The translations under genes and the position numbers were made by a program. This document shows positions 36,401 to 48,871 of a stretch of DNA of 64,000 bases, in pieces; position 1 is the first letter of the stretch; every line of letters begins with the position of its first letter. The notes under the pieces were generated by a model that made no database searches, was not told the DNA's origin, and saw only the letters and a list, made by a program, of their open reading frames with translations. Source of the stretch: Phyllosticta citribraziliensis (lineage: Eukaryota); contig NW_027117340.1 in NCBI RefSeq assembly GCF_038025025.1, positions 248,001 through 312,000 on the forward strand, read 5' to 3'.

Positions 36401-37882
36401 AGACCATCAAACGGGGTTTCAGACTCGACCGAGTCAGCGTAGACGACCCACCAGGCACCCAAAACACCTTCGTAGTTGAGTACGAAGACTGCGGGAAGGG
36501 GTACCGGTGACCATTCGAGGTCGCTCTTTGCCACTGGTCTGTACACCTTCTCGGTGCCAGAGAGGTCCAAAGACATGCCGATCATCGACGGTGGGTCTGG
36601 ATTCTCCGGGTCCACGACGCTCATGGGGAAGTCAGCCTGACAAGAGTCTATGCCGATATTGGTAGCTGTGTATGTGTTGACGATGGGGTCATCTCTGGAG
36701 AGGGCTTTGGAAGACTTGGTGATGATGCCGACTTTGTCACCAGCCGTAGACGCAGTCAAGATGAGATCGTCCAAATTCGGTTTCCAGCCACGGAGGCGAG
36801 AAAAGAAGTACTGCGACGGCGGCCGCTGTCCGTTGAATGCCAGACAAGGTTCATATAATTTGTGGAAAGTAAAGTTTTGTGAGCCCTTTTCCCTTTGGAT
36901 GTAGTGGAATGTGGTTTCTAAAGTTTCGTCCGGTCCAGAGGTAGGGGACGTGTGTCCGATGAGAAACTCATCGTTCGACAGCCAGCAGATGGAAGAAACT
37001 GCTCATGTTAGGACCACACGTCGCAAATTCCGAGCACCAAACTTACCCATTTTTTCTCCCGGCACATCGGGAGGTCGAGGGACAACTGCCTGCGGTGAGC
37101 CGTCGGGCTTCATTTGGACAGCCGTGCCATCTCGAAGGCCCGCGGTGAGCTGTTTTCCCTTGTTGCTCCAAGCGACACATGTAGCACCATCTTTCAGGAC
37201 CGCAGCATTTTGCCCGTTCATGAACCTTTGCTCCTTAAGATTCGCTATCATCAGCTGGCCTCCAGTGAGCACCACAGCAACATTCTCGGCCGATTCTGGC
37301 ATAGGGTTTGGGCATAGGCAACGAACTGCCACATTCTCTGTGCCGAGTTGAAACTTGGAGTCTTTGTTTCCCTGCATGAGGACGTCCACGTCGTGGACAG
37401 CCAGTCCGCCTCCATCCTCTGCTGAAACCACCAGATGCTGTTCGTCTGCGGTAAACGCGACCTGGGAGAGCCGGGGCATGGGTATCGTGAGATCTGGCTG
37501 AAATTCAACCCATTCGTCTTGTTTCTCTGCATCCTTGTCGCCCAGTTTCTGGCGTAGCCTTTCCGTGCTGGTCACCACCAGAGAGTCGGGGCCGGCGGCA
37601 GCAATGACTCCCTTGCGCGATGCGACGGCAAGCAAGCTTGCGTAAGACGGAGGGAGCCTGTCGGAAGGCCAAGGTTGTGGGAGGAGCTTGATTTGGTTGG
37701 TGCCAGATGACTTGTTGCGCGCGGCAATGGTCTTGAATTGAATGCCCTGCAAAACAACGAGATTAACCTAATTGTCAATCTACCGACTCGGAGCTGCTGA
37801 CCTCGGTCTCGATTTCTTCAACCTCGTCGCCTAGTCTAGCTTGTGGGCCAGCGCCGGCAGCGCCGCTCAAGGAGAACGCCAT
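33445..37882 (-). CDS. NUP159: Nucleoporin Nup159; introns 37801-37747 and 37046-36999
   Basis: N-terminal beta-propeller (ASLLAV, WSNKGKQL), central PAFG/SPFG FG repeats, DAPLPPDF repeats and a C-terminal coiled coil (LYRDIQDMVDTVGLNA). Confidence 0.92.
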
Positions 37883-38051
37883 GTTTGTAGTCTTCAGGGA
37901 CGCGGACTGGGTGTCGTCGCGTGCAAATGCGAAGCTCTGGCGTCGAGACGCGCCTCGACCATGCGCTTTTGGCGGAGATGTCGAACAAAGGTCTAAGATG
38001 GAGGAGTTGTGTTCAAGCGCGACTGGCTGTTGGTGAACCTGGAGGATTGGC

Positions 38052-38243
38052 GGAGCTGGGCCAGCAAACGACGTAGGAGGGTATTTTAGAAGGAACAGCG
38101 GCCGCGGAGGGGAATGAAAGGCGGCGTGGCGCGCGGCGGGTGTTGTTGACGCAGCGCGAACTGGAGCGTCGGCGAAGCGGTCCTGGTGAAATCGAAAAGC
38201 TCGGGCCACTTGCTTGCTGCGTCGTTTCGCGTTGCCTGGAGCT
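38052..38243 (+). promoter_or_regulatory. Two GGAGCT elements in the NUP159/PUP1 divergent promoter (putative Rpn4-orthologue sites)
   Basis: GGAGCT at 38052-38057 and 38238-38243. From memory, this hexamer is enriched upstream of proteasome genes in filamentous ascomycetes. Confidence 0.4.
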
Positions 38244-38452
38244 TGACACCACCACGCAGCTCTCGACACGACATCAACCTCTCCGCCTCGACGCCCCTCT
38301 TGAACATCGCCCTCTTGCTCCTCTCCGTCGCAGCTACCGCTTCCGACTAGCTCATCGCTTGCCCTGACTACCGACGATTGCCTCCTGGGCTGACAACACC
38401 ACCGCAACCTCTCCACACCCAAGAAGGCAATCACCTGCAACACTCATCAACC

Positions 38453-39339
38453 ATGGGCGGCTTCGATTTCTCCAACTACAACCGCAATGCGGCCCTGCAC
38501 GCTCAGGGCGTTCCCCTGCCAAAGGCCACTAGCACCGGTACCACCATCGTCGGATGCTTGTTTGAGGGCGGCGTCGTCATTGCCGCCGACACGAGGGCAA
38601 CGAGCGGACCCATCGTAGCTGACAAGGCATGTTCATACCTCGACCGAAATGATCAAGTAGATCATGCTAACACGATTCTCAGAACTGCGAGAAGCTGCAC
38701 TACATTGCGCCGCAGATCTGGTGTGCGGGTGCCGGTACCGCCGCCGACACGGAATTCACCACGGCCATCATCTCGTCCAACCTCGAACTGCACTCGCTGT
38801 CGACGGGCCGCAAGCCGCGCGTCGTCACCTGCATGACGATGCTGAAGCAGCACCTTTTCCGATACCAAGGCCACATTGGAGCGTACCTGGTCGTTGCGGG
38901 CGTCGACCCAACGGGCGCGCACCTCTTCACCGTCCACGCACACGGTTCCACGGACAAGCTGCCTTACGTCACCATGGGATCGGGCTCGTTGGCGGCCATG
39001 TCGGTCTTTGAGACGCAGTGGAAGCCGCAGCTGACGCGCGACGACGCCATCAAGCTGGCTTCGGATGCCATCCAGGCCGGTATCTGGAACGACCTGGGCT
39101 CCGGTAGCAATGTCGACGTGTCGGTCATCACCGACGAGAAGACGACTCTGCTCCGCAACTACATTACGCCAAACGTCCGCGAGACCAAGCAGCGCAACTA
39201 CAAGTTTGCGCGCGGCACCACGGCCGTTTTGAACGAGAAGGTCATCAAGAAGGAGGACATTAGCCAGTACGTCACGGTACACGAGCTCAAGGACGACAAT
39301 GTCTCGCAAGCGGCGGAGAAGATGGAGGTCGATCCGTAG
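38453..39339 (+). CDS. PUP1: 20S proteasome beta-2 subunit; GC-AG intron 38627-38682
   Basis: Propeptide [12 protein letters not shown], catalytic TGTTIVG, ADK|NCEKLHY across the intron, GSGSLAAM and [10 protein letters not shown]. Confidence 0.97.
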
Positions 39340-39764
39340 GGCGGTCACGGGCTGGAGGTGTACAGATAGCACGCGGCGTAATCGGCATGATAGACAAGGC
39401 ATGGCTGTACGGGGTGCTAAATGAGATGATTTTGAACGAACTTGTCAGTCCGAGACAGAGATGGCATAACAATGTATCCGAAGAGATTCAGTGATGAGAT
39501 CAACCACCTTTCTTCACGCTCCGCTGTGTTTGGCATCGAGCTGTCCGGAACGCTTAGGCCTCGACTTGCGGCTGACTAATCGCCAAATCAAAGGTCAACA
39601 GCCCACGACGCAAACCCTCTGCTGCATCAAACCATCGCTCAAACAATCGATGCCGCCCTCAAAAGCCTGCGCAAGATTCCTAGACTGCCATAAAGCTGAA
39701 GAGGGGCCAAATTCCCTTCGGCACCGCAAGACAATTAGTATATATTTTACAAAAGCGAGTTGAA

Positions 39765-39872
39765 ATTGTTGGCGTGGTAGGCCGTAAAGAACTCATTTCT
39801 TGCCTTTTACCAGAAGTGACCGTGTGGCCGCCACAACACGCCATTTACAATTCTTTGGAAATCTCAATGAGG
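39765..39872 (+). ncRNA. U5: U5 spliceosomal snRNA
   Basis: Invariant loop 1 GCCTTTTAC (39802-39810) closed by TCATTTCT/AGAAGTGA, followed by CCG. Outer stems GGCC/GGCC and TGGCGTG/CACGCCA. Sm-like AATTCTTTGG (39849-39858), a short 3' hairpin, and TATATA about 25 nt upstream. Ends are approximate. Confidence 0.88.
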
Positions 39873-40379
39873 CAACTCGACCTGCGCAAGGTCGAGTCCC
39901 GTTTTGCGCGGCGTTTTCTTTTTGCGTTTTTGCGACGCTAGCCGAGCGGCTGGCTGGCTGGCTGGCTGGGTTTTGCGTGCTTGTTTCCTCTTGCTGTCTG
40001 GTCGACTGCTGCTTTTGAGTGCTGCGTTCGCCACGCTGTGCACAAGATTGCTGAAGAAGAAGCAGCGTGCGGTTGTCCTTTCTACGCGGCTGTGGTGCCG
40101 GCCGACGGGAGATATGATTTCTTTCGAGGCCCGTCACCTCGCAGTCTGGCGAAGCGTTGCCGGGACACGCAGTATTGATCCCACGTATTACTAACGACGG
40201 CGCAAAAGACGGGGCGTGGGGAAAATGTTGATGCGTACGACAGAAAGCGAAAGAAGAAGACAAATGTACCCAAACAACCACTCGCAAAACCACAAAACCA
40301 CAGCATCTCTCCTTCGTCCACCACATTATCAACCTGTCTAGACATCTCCTCCAGCCAATTCTACATTTTCCTCTCCGCC

Positions 40380-43172
40380 TTACCCAAACCCCTGCACGAC
40401 ACGCCCCACAAAGCCCTCCAGCCCTACAAGTCCCCTTCTCCCTCCATCAGCAGAAGCGCCAGCGGCATCCGCATCGGCGCCCGAGCTCGACCGCATCCGA
40501 GCAGCCGACGCCGCGGACCCAGAAGCTTGCGTTCTGCCGCCTCCGCCCTCCATGATCAGCACCTGCGCGCCCGGCTCCAGAAACTCGCGCGTGGCGACGA
40601 ATTGGAAGGTAACGAGCGTGGCCTCGCTTTCGCTGAGGTCGTCGACATTCGAGTCGTCGTCGTCGTCGTCGTCGTCGTCTCCGGCGCCAAAGAAGCCAAA
40701 TGCATCGTCGTTGTTGTCGTCATGGCGGATGCTCCTGGCGGTCCGCTCGCTTTCATCGTCGTCGTCAATGGCAATGGCCACGACTTTGGCGCTTGCACGG
40801 ACACTGGCGATGTAGGTGACGACAAGGCTGCCGACGATGAGGTTGCGGACGGCGGCCGTGGCGAAGCGGGCGACGAAGGAGCGATGAGAAGGGGGATTGG
40901 CCGGACCAAGCACGAGTACCATGCCTTTCCGGATGCGAGCGTGGTGCGCAACGGCCGGTGAAGTTGTGGTCGGGGCAACAGTAGGGTTGGGAGACAAGGG
41001 CAGAATACCCAGTGTGCCTACCTGACCAGCATGCAGGGTGCGCACTGGAAGACGCAGGTTGCGGATGGACGTAATGCGAACGCGGCGCCACTCTTGCTGC
41101 TTCATGGTGCGAGTCAAACTAGACGCCTGCGTTGTGGGATCTAGACGAGAGGCCAGGTCGAGGTGTCTATGAAGTGCCCCTGGAAACGAACGGCTTGCTG
41201 TCAGTTGGTCAGAAGGTTTTGGAGAGCTGCTGCTGCTGTCGCTGTCATCGGCGACATTCCCAGTGGGGAACGGGCCTAGGAGGAGCTCATCGCCAAGGTG
41301 GAGAACACCGTGGCGCAGATGACCACTGATGATGGATGCTCCCGGACTGTCACCCGCGGCTCCGCTGAGGTTCAATTTGTAGATGTCCTCAATATGGTAG
41401 AGGGCAGTAATACGTGAACTCCCAGAACGCGACGCTGTTTCTCCGGCCCGCGGATAATCCAGCGGCTGGGGGATTTGGATTTCGTTCAAAAGGGCATGCA
41501 GCTTGCGAATGCCATTGCCTTTGACAGCGCTCGTCAAGACAATTGGCACTGTGCCAAGAGGGTCGAGTGCAAGCTCATCGGCAATGCCTCGAGCAATTTG
41601 CACGTCAGAGGCTGGAACGATGTGCAGGTCATCCTCCGTGATCAGAGTGCCAATATCAGATATGATTCTTGGAGTTCTTCCTGCTCGCTTCAACGCGGAT
41701 AGAAGTTTGGACATGGTCCGCACCATGCCTGCCTTCGAGGCTAGGTCCAGCTTGGTGAAGACAACGATCAGAGGCAGTTTGAGATTCAGGCAGAGTTCCA
41801 GATGAGCCTCTGACAAGTCGACATCTGCCACGGCAGAGCCAAGCATTTCCTCTGTAGAAGGCGTGCTGCCGATTTTCCCAGACGTATCTTCGTCATTATC
41901 CGCTGGCATACACAAAAGGGTCCAGTGGGGAGCCCATCCCATAAGTCCGCGGACAGCAGTGCGCCGATACCTTGGATGGCCCGCCGAGTCAGAAAGGAAG
42001 ACAAGTCGACCGGCTTGACAAGCAGAGTGAATGTCGGTCCACGAGTCAATGTTACCAGATGCATAGTTGACAACATGAATCTCTCCAGACTCGTCATCGA
42101 CATTGTACCCAATGAGCTCCTGGGTGACTGAACTCGTCATTCCAGAGGCTATTTCGTGCCTGTGCTTTAGCAGACTCAAACGGCTCTTGCCTCGGCCGTT
42201 GTCCAATGTCGCAGTAGAGAGACTGCCCAGTAGACTGGACTTGCCTGACATGGTGGCACCAGTCAAGGACAAGCGAAGCTGTGCAGAGGCCTGCTTGCTG
42301 TCCTCAAGGTCCATCTGATGCAGCGATTCGACCACTGGGTCGAGCTGAGCAGTTGGGCTAGGCGTTCCCGAGCCAGCCACCTCTGGCCTCACAAAAGCCT
42401 CAGCAACCCAAAGGGGACCACTGCGGGAATTTTGATCAACATCGTCAGACCACGTGCAGTCGCCCACGGGAATCATGCGGAGCACCTTGACGCTGCAGCC
42501 CAAGCTTGCCGCCATGGCGCGGAGATTTGTTAGGCTCTCCTCCATTTCGTCCTCTGCGAGTCCCACAAAGGTGCCATCGTCGGCGACACCAATCTCGTAC
42601 AGGGCGCCTTGGCTTTCCTCCAGGCCTGGTAGCACCTTTGCAAGAGGCTGACTTTTGAGCTGAGGGGTGGCTTCTGGAAGCTGAGGGACGACCAGCTCAT
42701 TGGCAGAGGTGGAGTGGTAGGGCGATGATTGCTGCAAACGCCACAGAAGCTGCGTCGTCAGCTGCTCCAGACGGTGCTGGCGCGACTGGCTCGAGGTCTG
42801 CTTTGGCGGTGTGTGAGAACCACCCGATTCAGACACAGTCCGAGTAGTCGGGATGCCCAAGGCGGTGCGATGGGATCCCGCCACGTGACGGGCGGTGCTT
42901 GTAAAGTTAAAGGACCTGCGCGGACGCAGAAGCAGATGTAGCTTGTACTCTGTTGGGCCCTCTTGGGGCTCAGCGTCCAGCTTGGTAACGGAGCTATCAG
43001 TCTCAAGAACGGCGCGTGGCGTCAAGCCGCTGGTGGCAAAGGCATTGTTGGATGTGAGGGTGGCTGCGGTTCCCGCCGAAGAGGTTGGCTTTTGAGGCGT
43101 TGTCGAGCGCGGAGTCGACCAAGGAGATGCCACGCGGGGCGGATCAGGGTCGAATGTAAAGATGGAGGCCAT
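40380..43172 (-). CDS. GTPBP1/GTPBP2-like translational GTPase
   Basis: N-terminal EPQEGPTEYKL and ALYEIGVADDG. G1 GATMSGKSS, LDNGRG, RHEIASG.TSS, G3 DSAGH, G4 TKLD, G5 SAV. Confidence 0.88.
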   Translation of the reverse strand: MASIFTFDPDPPRVASPWSTPRSTTPQKPTSSAGTAATLTSNNAFATSGLTPRAVLETDSSVTKLDAEPQEGPTEYKLHLLLRPRRSFNFTSTARHVAGSHRTALGIPTTRTVSESGGSHTPPKQTSSQSRQHRLEQLTTQLLWRLQQSSPYHSTSANELVVPQLPEATPQLKSQPLAKVLPGLEESQGALYEIGVADDGTFVGLAEDEMEESLTNLRAMAASLGCSVKVLRMIPVGDCTWSDDVDQNSRSGPLWVAEAFVRPEVAGSGTPSPTAQLDPVVESLHQMDLEDSKQASAQLRLSLTGATMSGKSSLLGSLSTATLDNGRGKSRLSLLKHRHEIASGMTSSVTQELIGYNVDDESGEIHVVNYASGNIDSWTDIHSACQAGRLVFLSDSAGHPRYRRTAVRGLMGWAPHWTLLCMPADNDEDTSGKIGSTPSTEEMLGSAVADVDLSEAHLELCLNLKLPLIVVFTKLDLASKAGMVRTMSKLLSALKRAGRTPRIISDIGTLITEDDLHIVPASDVQIARGIADELALDPLGTVPIVLTSAVKGNGIRKLHALLNEIQIPQPLDYPRAGETASRSGSSRITALYHIEDIYKLNLSGAAGDSPGASIISGHLRHGVLHLGDELLLGPFPTGNVADDSDSSSSSPKPSDQLTASRSFPGALHRHLDLASRLDPTTQASSLTRTMKQQEWRRVRITSIRNLRLPVRTLHAGQVGTLGILPLSPNPTVAPTTTSPAVAHHARIRKGMVLVLGPANPPSHRSFVARFATAAVRNLIVGSLVVTYIASVRASAKVVAIAIDDDDESERTARSIRHDDNNDDAFGFFGAGDDDDDDDDDSNVDDLSESEATLVTFQFVATREFLEPGAQVLIMEGGGGRTQASGSAASAARMRSSSGADADAAGASADGGRRGLVGLEGFVGRVVQGFG

Positions 43173-43599
43173 GATTTGTTTCTTATGGTAAAGCCGATAA
43201 ATACGGGGCTAACAAAGCAGTTATGGACAAACGCCTTAATCGAAATGCAGTGGAGCGTAGAAGGGGCATTTTGGCAGCGGTTGACGGCTGGAGGTCAGGG
43301 GGCGGTTGTCAGAGCGAGCGACGGGTGGCGAGATCAGTAACGGGGCGCCATGATGGAAGCGTTGAAATGAAGAGATGGAAGTTGATGATGATGACTGCTC
43401 ATGGCTGGCTGGCAGGATACCTTGGGGAGTCGGAGTCGAAGCCAGGACCTGGACAGCCAGGGCCGGGGCCGGAACAACGTTGAGGAACGCCACACGCCAC
43501 GAGCCACAGCTTCCCTTGGGTGCAGGTGGGTTGAGGCTCGGTCAGGTCTCTGCACGTGAGTCTCACTAGCTGCGTCCGGGTGTCGGGTGGTCCCTGCTG

Positions 43600-43728
43600 T
43601 TTCTCGTTTAGGCCGTCCGCATCTTGGCTCGCTTACCCTTCCTCAGGTCCGCCCGCTCCCTGTCGCCCTCCGCGCTCTCTCTCTGCCCTTCGACGACATG
43701 TTCCAATCGTTCTTTTCTGACCTCCCGT

Positions 43729-43759
<31 letters not shown>

Positions 43760-46700
43760 AGACCCAGACCCAGAACCTCCTGCGGCGCGGCACGGCCGTC
43801 ATGGCATGGCGTCATTTTCTGCGCCGCAACCAAGACCATATCCACCTCTGCTGCACCCTCAACGCTGTCGCATGACTCCCTACTTCAGCCCTCGATCTCC
43901 TGCCTCAGCGCGCCTCTCACCGCCCGTGACTGTGACGAGGTTGTTGCCTGACGCCTGACGGCCGTTTGACCCGCATTCACCTGCATCTTGGACATCCGCC
44001 CCCATCAACCCACACGTCGACACCTCCGCTGCTACACGCCGACGCGCGCTAGCATTCCAAACCATGTCACTCGTCGAAACAGAAGCTGAGGGAAACTAGT
44101 TGTCTGCCCTGCGACATGACAGGCGCCGAGGTTTGCGCAACAAGCTGAGCTAAGCGCCGCGTCTACGACCGTACCCCCATCCGGCTACTAACTACACCTT
44201 GGCCGCTCCGCCGTTTGCCCCCGGCTGTGTACGCGTCCACACATGACGGGACCGTCCCGTCTCGTCTATCCCGCGCTGCCCGCACATGCCAACCACACCC
44301 AACAGACGGTCGTTTTTTCTTCTGGAGCCAAGTCGGCCATTGCTCCGTAGCAGCAGCAACACGACAGCAGCGCCAGCATGCTCAAATATCGCCAAGCCCA
44401 GGGCCAGCCGTCCATCCCGGCGAACCCCGGCCCGTCTTAGCCGGCCGGGGGGAACCACCTCTCACAAACTCAGATCTGCTCAGGTCGCGAGTTATCAGCT
44501 CGTCCGTCAGCAGTGGAACGGCTGCCAGACCAACCACTGCTCATCATCATCCACACAGTCAGCACTCTGTTTAGACGCCGATGCCATTGTCGACCAAATG
44601 GGTCAAGAGACCAGCCAGCCGACCAGCCAGCCAGTCAACTAGCCAGTCAACTAGCCAGCCAACCTGTGGTAAGCCAAGCAAGGTCGTAATGTGATGAGAG
44701 CAGAATGAGGGGCACGCGGACGCTGTCGTCCCTTCTCGTTCTCTTTCCTTTGCGTCCATTCTATTAATACACTCCGTCTTCTACATGAAGTCCATTCGTC
44801 TTTTTCTTGGCCCCCACACTGAAAATCCGCTTCCCCATCATTGACGAGCAAAGCCAAGCAAAGCTCAACAACAAAGTGACGCAGACGAGGGGCACGAGCG
44901 GCGAACACGGTGCTGTTCCATCTTTCTCCATGACTTTTCTTTTTCTAATAATACCCTCTTCGGTCTCTTATTCTCCATATGCGCTTGCTCGCGTGTCCGT
45001 TCGAACTTTGGCCCCCACCTGCATCCACCCCGTTCTACCTCACGTCACCTACGCACGTTTGGATTTTGGCCCCCACCGGCAAACTTCGCTTTCCATGCCA
45101 TTGCTGGACGCAGACCACGTCAATACATACGCCCCAGGCGAGAGAGGCGTGCGGGCAATTCGGAACTCGCCTGGGCTGCCCTGGCCCTGGCCTGAGGGGG
45201 CGGATGCGCGTCTATCTGTCTGTATCGTCCGCGGAGGCCCGTTTGCTGGTCTAGCCCCCATCATCACCCATCAATTCTGTTGCCTCCCAATTTTCCTTTT
45301 TTTTTTTTTTTTTTTCTCTCTTCTTCGTCGTCGTTCGCCCCTCGCTCGCTCTCTTCCAAGCCTATTTACATCCAAGCGAAGCGAAGCCAGCCAGCCAACC
45401 TGCCATCTCTGTCGTGGAGTGAGCCAGGTGGAACTATCCGCGCGCATTGTGTGGAGAAACACGGACACACGGACGTGTGGACGGACGGACGAACGGTACA
45501 GACGACGGCGACGACAGGCGCCAAAAAAATTAAAAAATTAAAAAAGCAAAGGTGATGCACGGCCCGCGGCAAACAAAGTCATGGCGGCGGAAGTTACTCC
45601 GTCGTTTGTTCGTCGTGATGGTATGAGTTGCGGCGGATTGAGCGTAGCGTTGGGGCCAGTGGAATGGCGTGGCGTGGTATGGTGTGGGGTTCTTCCGTCA
45701 ATCATGACTGTCGGCTGGGCTGGTGAGTAGTAGAGTAGGTACGTACATACCTGTGTAGACAAGCGGGAGAGAAAGAGAGGCAGAGAAGTTGCAAGGTAGC
45801 GAGGAGAGCGTTTCCAAATACCATCTAGTTCGCAGAAGACAATGGCAACCGTCGTTGATATGCAGGTGGTACATACATGGTAGAAGAAGAAGTAGTAGTA
45901 GACTGGCATAGTCCCTTGTCTATTTTCGCATTTTCTAGCACTCGCACTATACGATGTGGGCAGGCAATGCAAGTACATCTATCTATCTATGCCTAGCTAT
46001 CTGTCTGTCTGTCTGTCTGTCGCCACGCCATCCTATGCTGACTAACTAGCCAACTAACAACCTGAGCATAGCACGCACGCACGCGCCCCAGACAGACAAA
46101 CATCTTTCTATCCATCCATCTGCCATCTGTTATCCGTTGTGTTAAACCAAGCCCAGCTTTATCACGCCATCTTTCTCCCAGCTCGTCATAGAACTCCAAA
46201 AAAAATGGGTGAGCACGTCGGCCGCCTCCTGGATCGGCCTTGCTGCTACCCGATGCACTCGTCGAGCCATCTAACGCGCGCAAAATAGACGGAAGCAAAG
46301 CAAAGCAAACGCGAGGAGAGAGAACGAACGATAGCTAAACGCCTGTGCCTGGAGGTGTGCAGCATGCGAGCGATGAACGCAACGAATGCAACAGGAACCA
46401 GCCATCCCAGCAATGCCAACGATGCCATGCCAGCCCATCGACCGGGGCGGGAGAGGCGCGAATTGTGCGGACTTGACGAAAAGAAAAAGAGAAAAGAGAA
46501 TGTGTGTAGGTAAATGGTAAACGGTGAGTGCAGCGCAAGCGCCGGCATTAAAATATTGGTCTGCTTCTTCTACTGCCTCTTCTACTGCTGCTTCTTCTTC
46601 TTCTCCTTGTTCATTTCCATCTTCTTCTTTCTGACCGCCATCTCCCATCTTTCGGCCGGCCGGCCGGTCTCTGTCTTTCTCTCTCTTTCTGCAATAATCG

Positions 46701-47800
46701 CGCCGGCGCGCGTGTCAACCCGTAACACCACCACCACCACCACCACCACCACCACGAACAACGACAACGACACCATTGCGCCGAGCTATGCTACATAGAC
46801 AATATGCTTCTGCCGTGCTGTGCGCCGAGCCCGGGCGATGCGATGCGATGCGATGCGATTTGATGCGATGTGGCCAGAAAAAGAGTGGGGAACAACAGGG
46901 AAGCCGGAGCCGGAGCAGAGGAGAAGAGGAAAGAGAACAAAGAAGAAGCAGAGGAAGAAGCGAAAGAATTAGAGTCGGTATGTACTAGTAGTGGTGATGA
47001 AGGCGGGCGAGCCAGCGATGACCATGACCATGGCCGGTGGGGGTGGGCGCAAGTCGTGTCGTGTCGTGTTGTGGCAGCCGAGACAACCGTTCGTCCAGCC
47101 ATCGGTGAGTCCGGTACAATACGGTACGTGTTGTGTTGGTCGAGCGTGCGGAATGGAGTGAGTATGTGGGTAGTTGGTGGTGTGGTCCTGGCCTGATGCT
47201 GATGCCGATGCTGATGCTTATGCTGTGGAAATTGGAACAAACAGTCGAGAAGAGGCGGGCGGTGCGGTGGTGGTGGTGGTGGTGGTGGTGGTGTAGTCCA
47301 GGTGTGTAGAGGAAACTCGTATGCATGTCGTTACAACCAAAAAGAAAAGCAAAGCAAAACAAAGCAAAAAGTTCAACCAAAGCGAAAGAAAAAAAGATCA
47401 AATCGCCACCCCTTTCCAACAACAACAACGATGATTTGCCCCTGCTTCCTTGGCCCTGTCGAAGCTGCTGGGCTACGCCGTTGCCTGGCTGGCTGGCTGG
47501 CTGGGTCCGATGGTGTGGACTTGTTGTTCCCTTATCCTGATGCGCCGAATGCTGCTAATGTCGCTGCTGTCGCTGCTGCTGTGCTGTACAATTCTCTCGT
47601 TCCGACGTTGCTTGCTGCCTGGGTATACATTACAATGATGATGATGATGATGATGACGGTGTGGTAATGTCAAAAGAGGTGATGGTGGTAGCATGGTGGA
47701 GAGATATTCCCGTTCCTTTTTTTGCGCTCGCTCGGCAGCTTCTCGTTCCCGTCGTCCGGTCCGGCCGTAGTTCATCTCTCCCGGGGAAATGGTTAGGTGT
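43600..47800. repeat. Microsatellite-rich non-coding region between the GTPase and C2H2 TF genes
   Basis: (CCCCGA)n, (CAGC)n, T19 at 45297-45315, and (ACC)n, (TGG)n, (GAT)n and (GCGAT)n tracts. No credible ORF. Confidence 0.8.
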
Positions 47801-47834
47801 GTGTCGTTGTCAGGTCGTCGGTCCTGTCGCGTCA

Positions 47835-48871
47835 TCACGAGGCGTCCGATGCCTTGCGCGGCTTGCACTTTTCATGCGCCATGTGCCCATTGCGCGCCGT
47901 GGTGCGCGTAAACTCGGCGCCACAGCGCGGGCAGTACGACTTGGCCGCCGTGCCCGACTTTTCGCGTTGGTGTCGCAGCAGGTTGCTAAACGTCGAAAAC
48001 TGCCGTCCGTTGCACCCATGTTCCCAGCACTGCGGCTTTGGCCGCGAGTTGAGCACCCGCACGCCCCGGTCTGGTGCGCCCAGCGCCGCGGCCGCGGCCG
48101 ACGGATCCTGTCCAGGCGCTCCTGGGTAAGGCTGCGAGTAGTGCGGTGGCGCCGGATACATTTGCTGTGCTGACTGTGCAGGGGGATAGGCCATGTTGCC
48201 GTAGCCAGCCGTGTTGTAGGGCTGTGATCTGGAAAGGGTTAGGTCTCATCTCAGAATTTGGCGCGCGCGAACAAAAAAGTCTCACGTCGTGTAGTTGGTT
48301 CCGTAGGGCATCGCGCCAGGTGCAGGGAGATTTGGGTGGATGGGCGGGTACTGCGACGTCTGACCTGTTGCCCCTGAGAGGGCAGAAGGGTCGTTGGTTC
48401 CAGGCATGTATCCTGCGGATGCTGCAGATGCGAGCGAGCTGTGTCTCGAGACACCATAATCGGCGCCGGGGCTGCTTCTCAAGACCTGTGCCGGAGGGTA
48501 GGACTGCATGTAAGGCGAAGGCGCGCCGCTGCTCTGGGGGTAGGTAGGTTGCTGGGAAGTGGAATGTTGCGACTGCTCCTGGGGATAGCCTTGTCGAGCG
48601 TTAGCGCATGAAGTTATTCGTTTGACAAGGCATGGTCTTTAATGCAAGAGGCCGAGTTTCGAAACTTTTTTTTGGACGACATGGAAAAAGGAAATACAGG
48701 GAAGGAGAAGAAAAAAAAAAAAAAGTGCAGGGAAAAGGCTTACCGTAGGGATCAAAGCTGGTCCCCGAGGGAGTGAAAGAACCGTACTGAGTGGGCATCA
48801 TGTAGCCAAGCGAGCTGGATGCGGATGAGTGATTGATGAGTGGGAGGGCCGGCAGGATCCTGTTACCTCAT
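47835..48871 (-). CDS. Fungal C2H2 zinc-finger transcription factor; introns 48866-48815, 48743-48590, 48285-48229
   Basis: C-terminal [52 protein letters not shown] with a Q/P/Y/S-rich N-terminus. Splice joins were checked in frame. The start is 48871 ([10 protein letters not shown]) or 48801 (MMPT). Confidence 0.85.

Noticed and set aside
37775..38443. 222-aa minus ORF upstream of NUP159
   Set aside because: Only the last portion (MAFSLSG...) is NUP159 exon 1; the rest is promoter sequence.
39491..39580. Possible C/D snoRNA (GTGATGA...CTGA) after PUP1
   Set aside because: Only a weak terminal stem, no clear C'/D' boxes and no rRNA complementarity that I could recognise.
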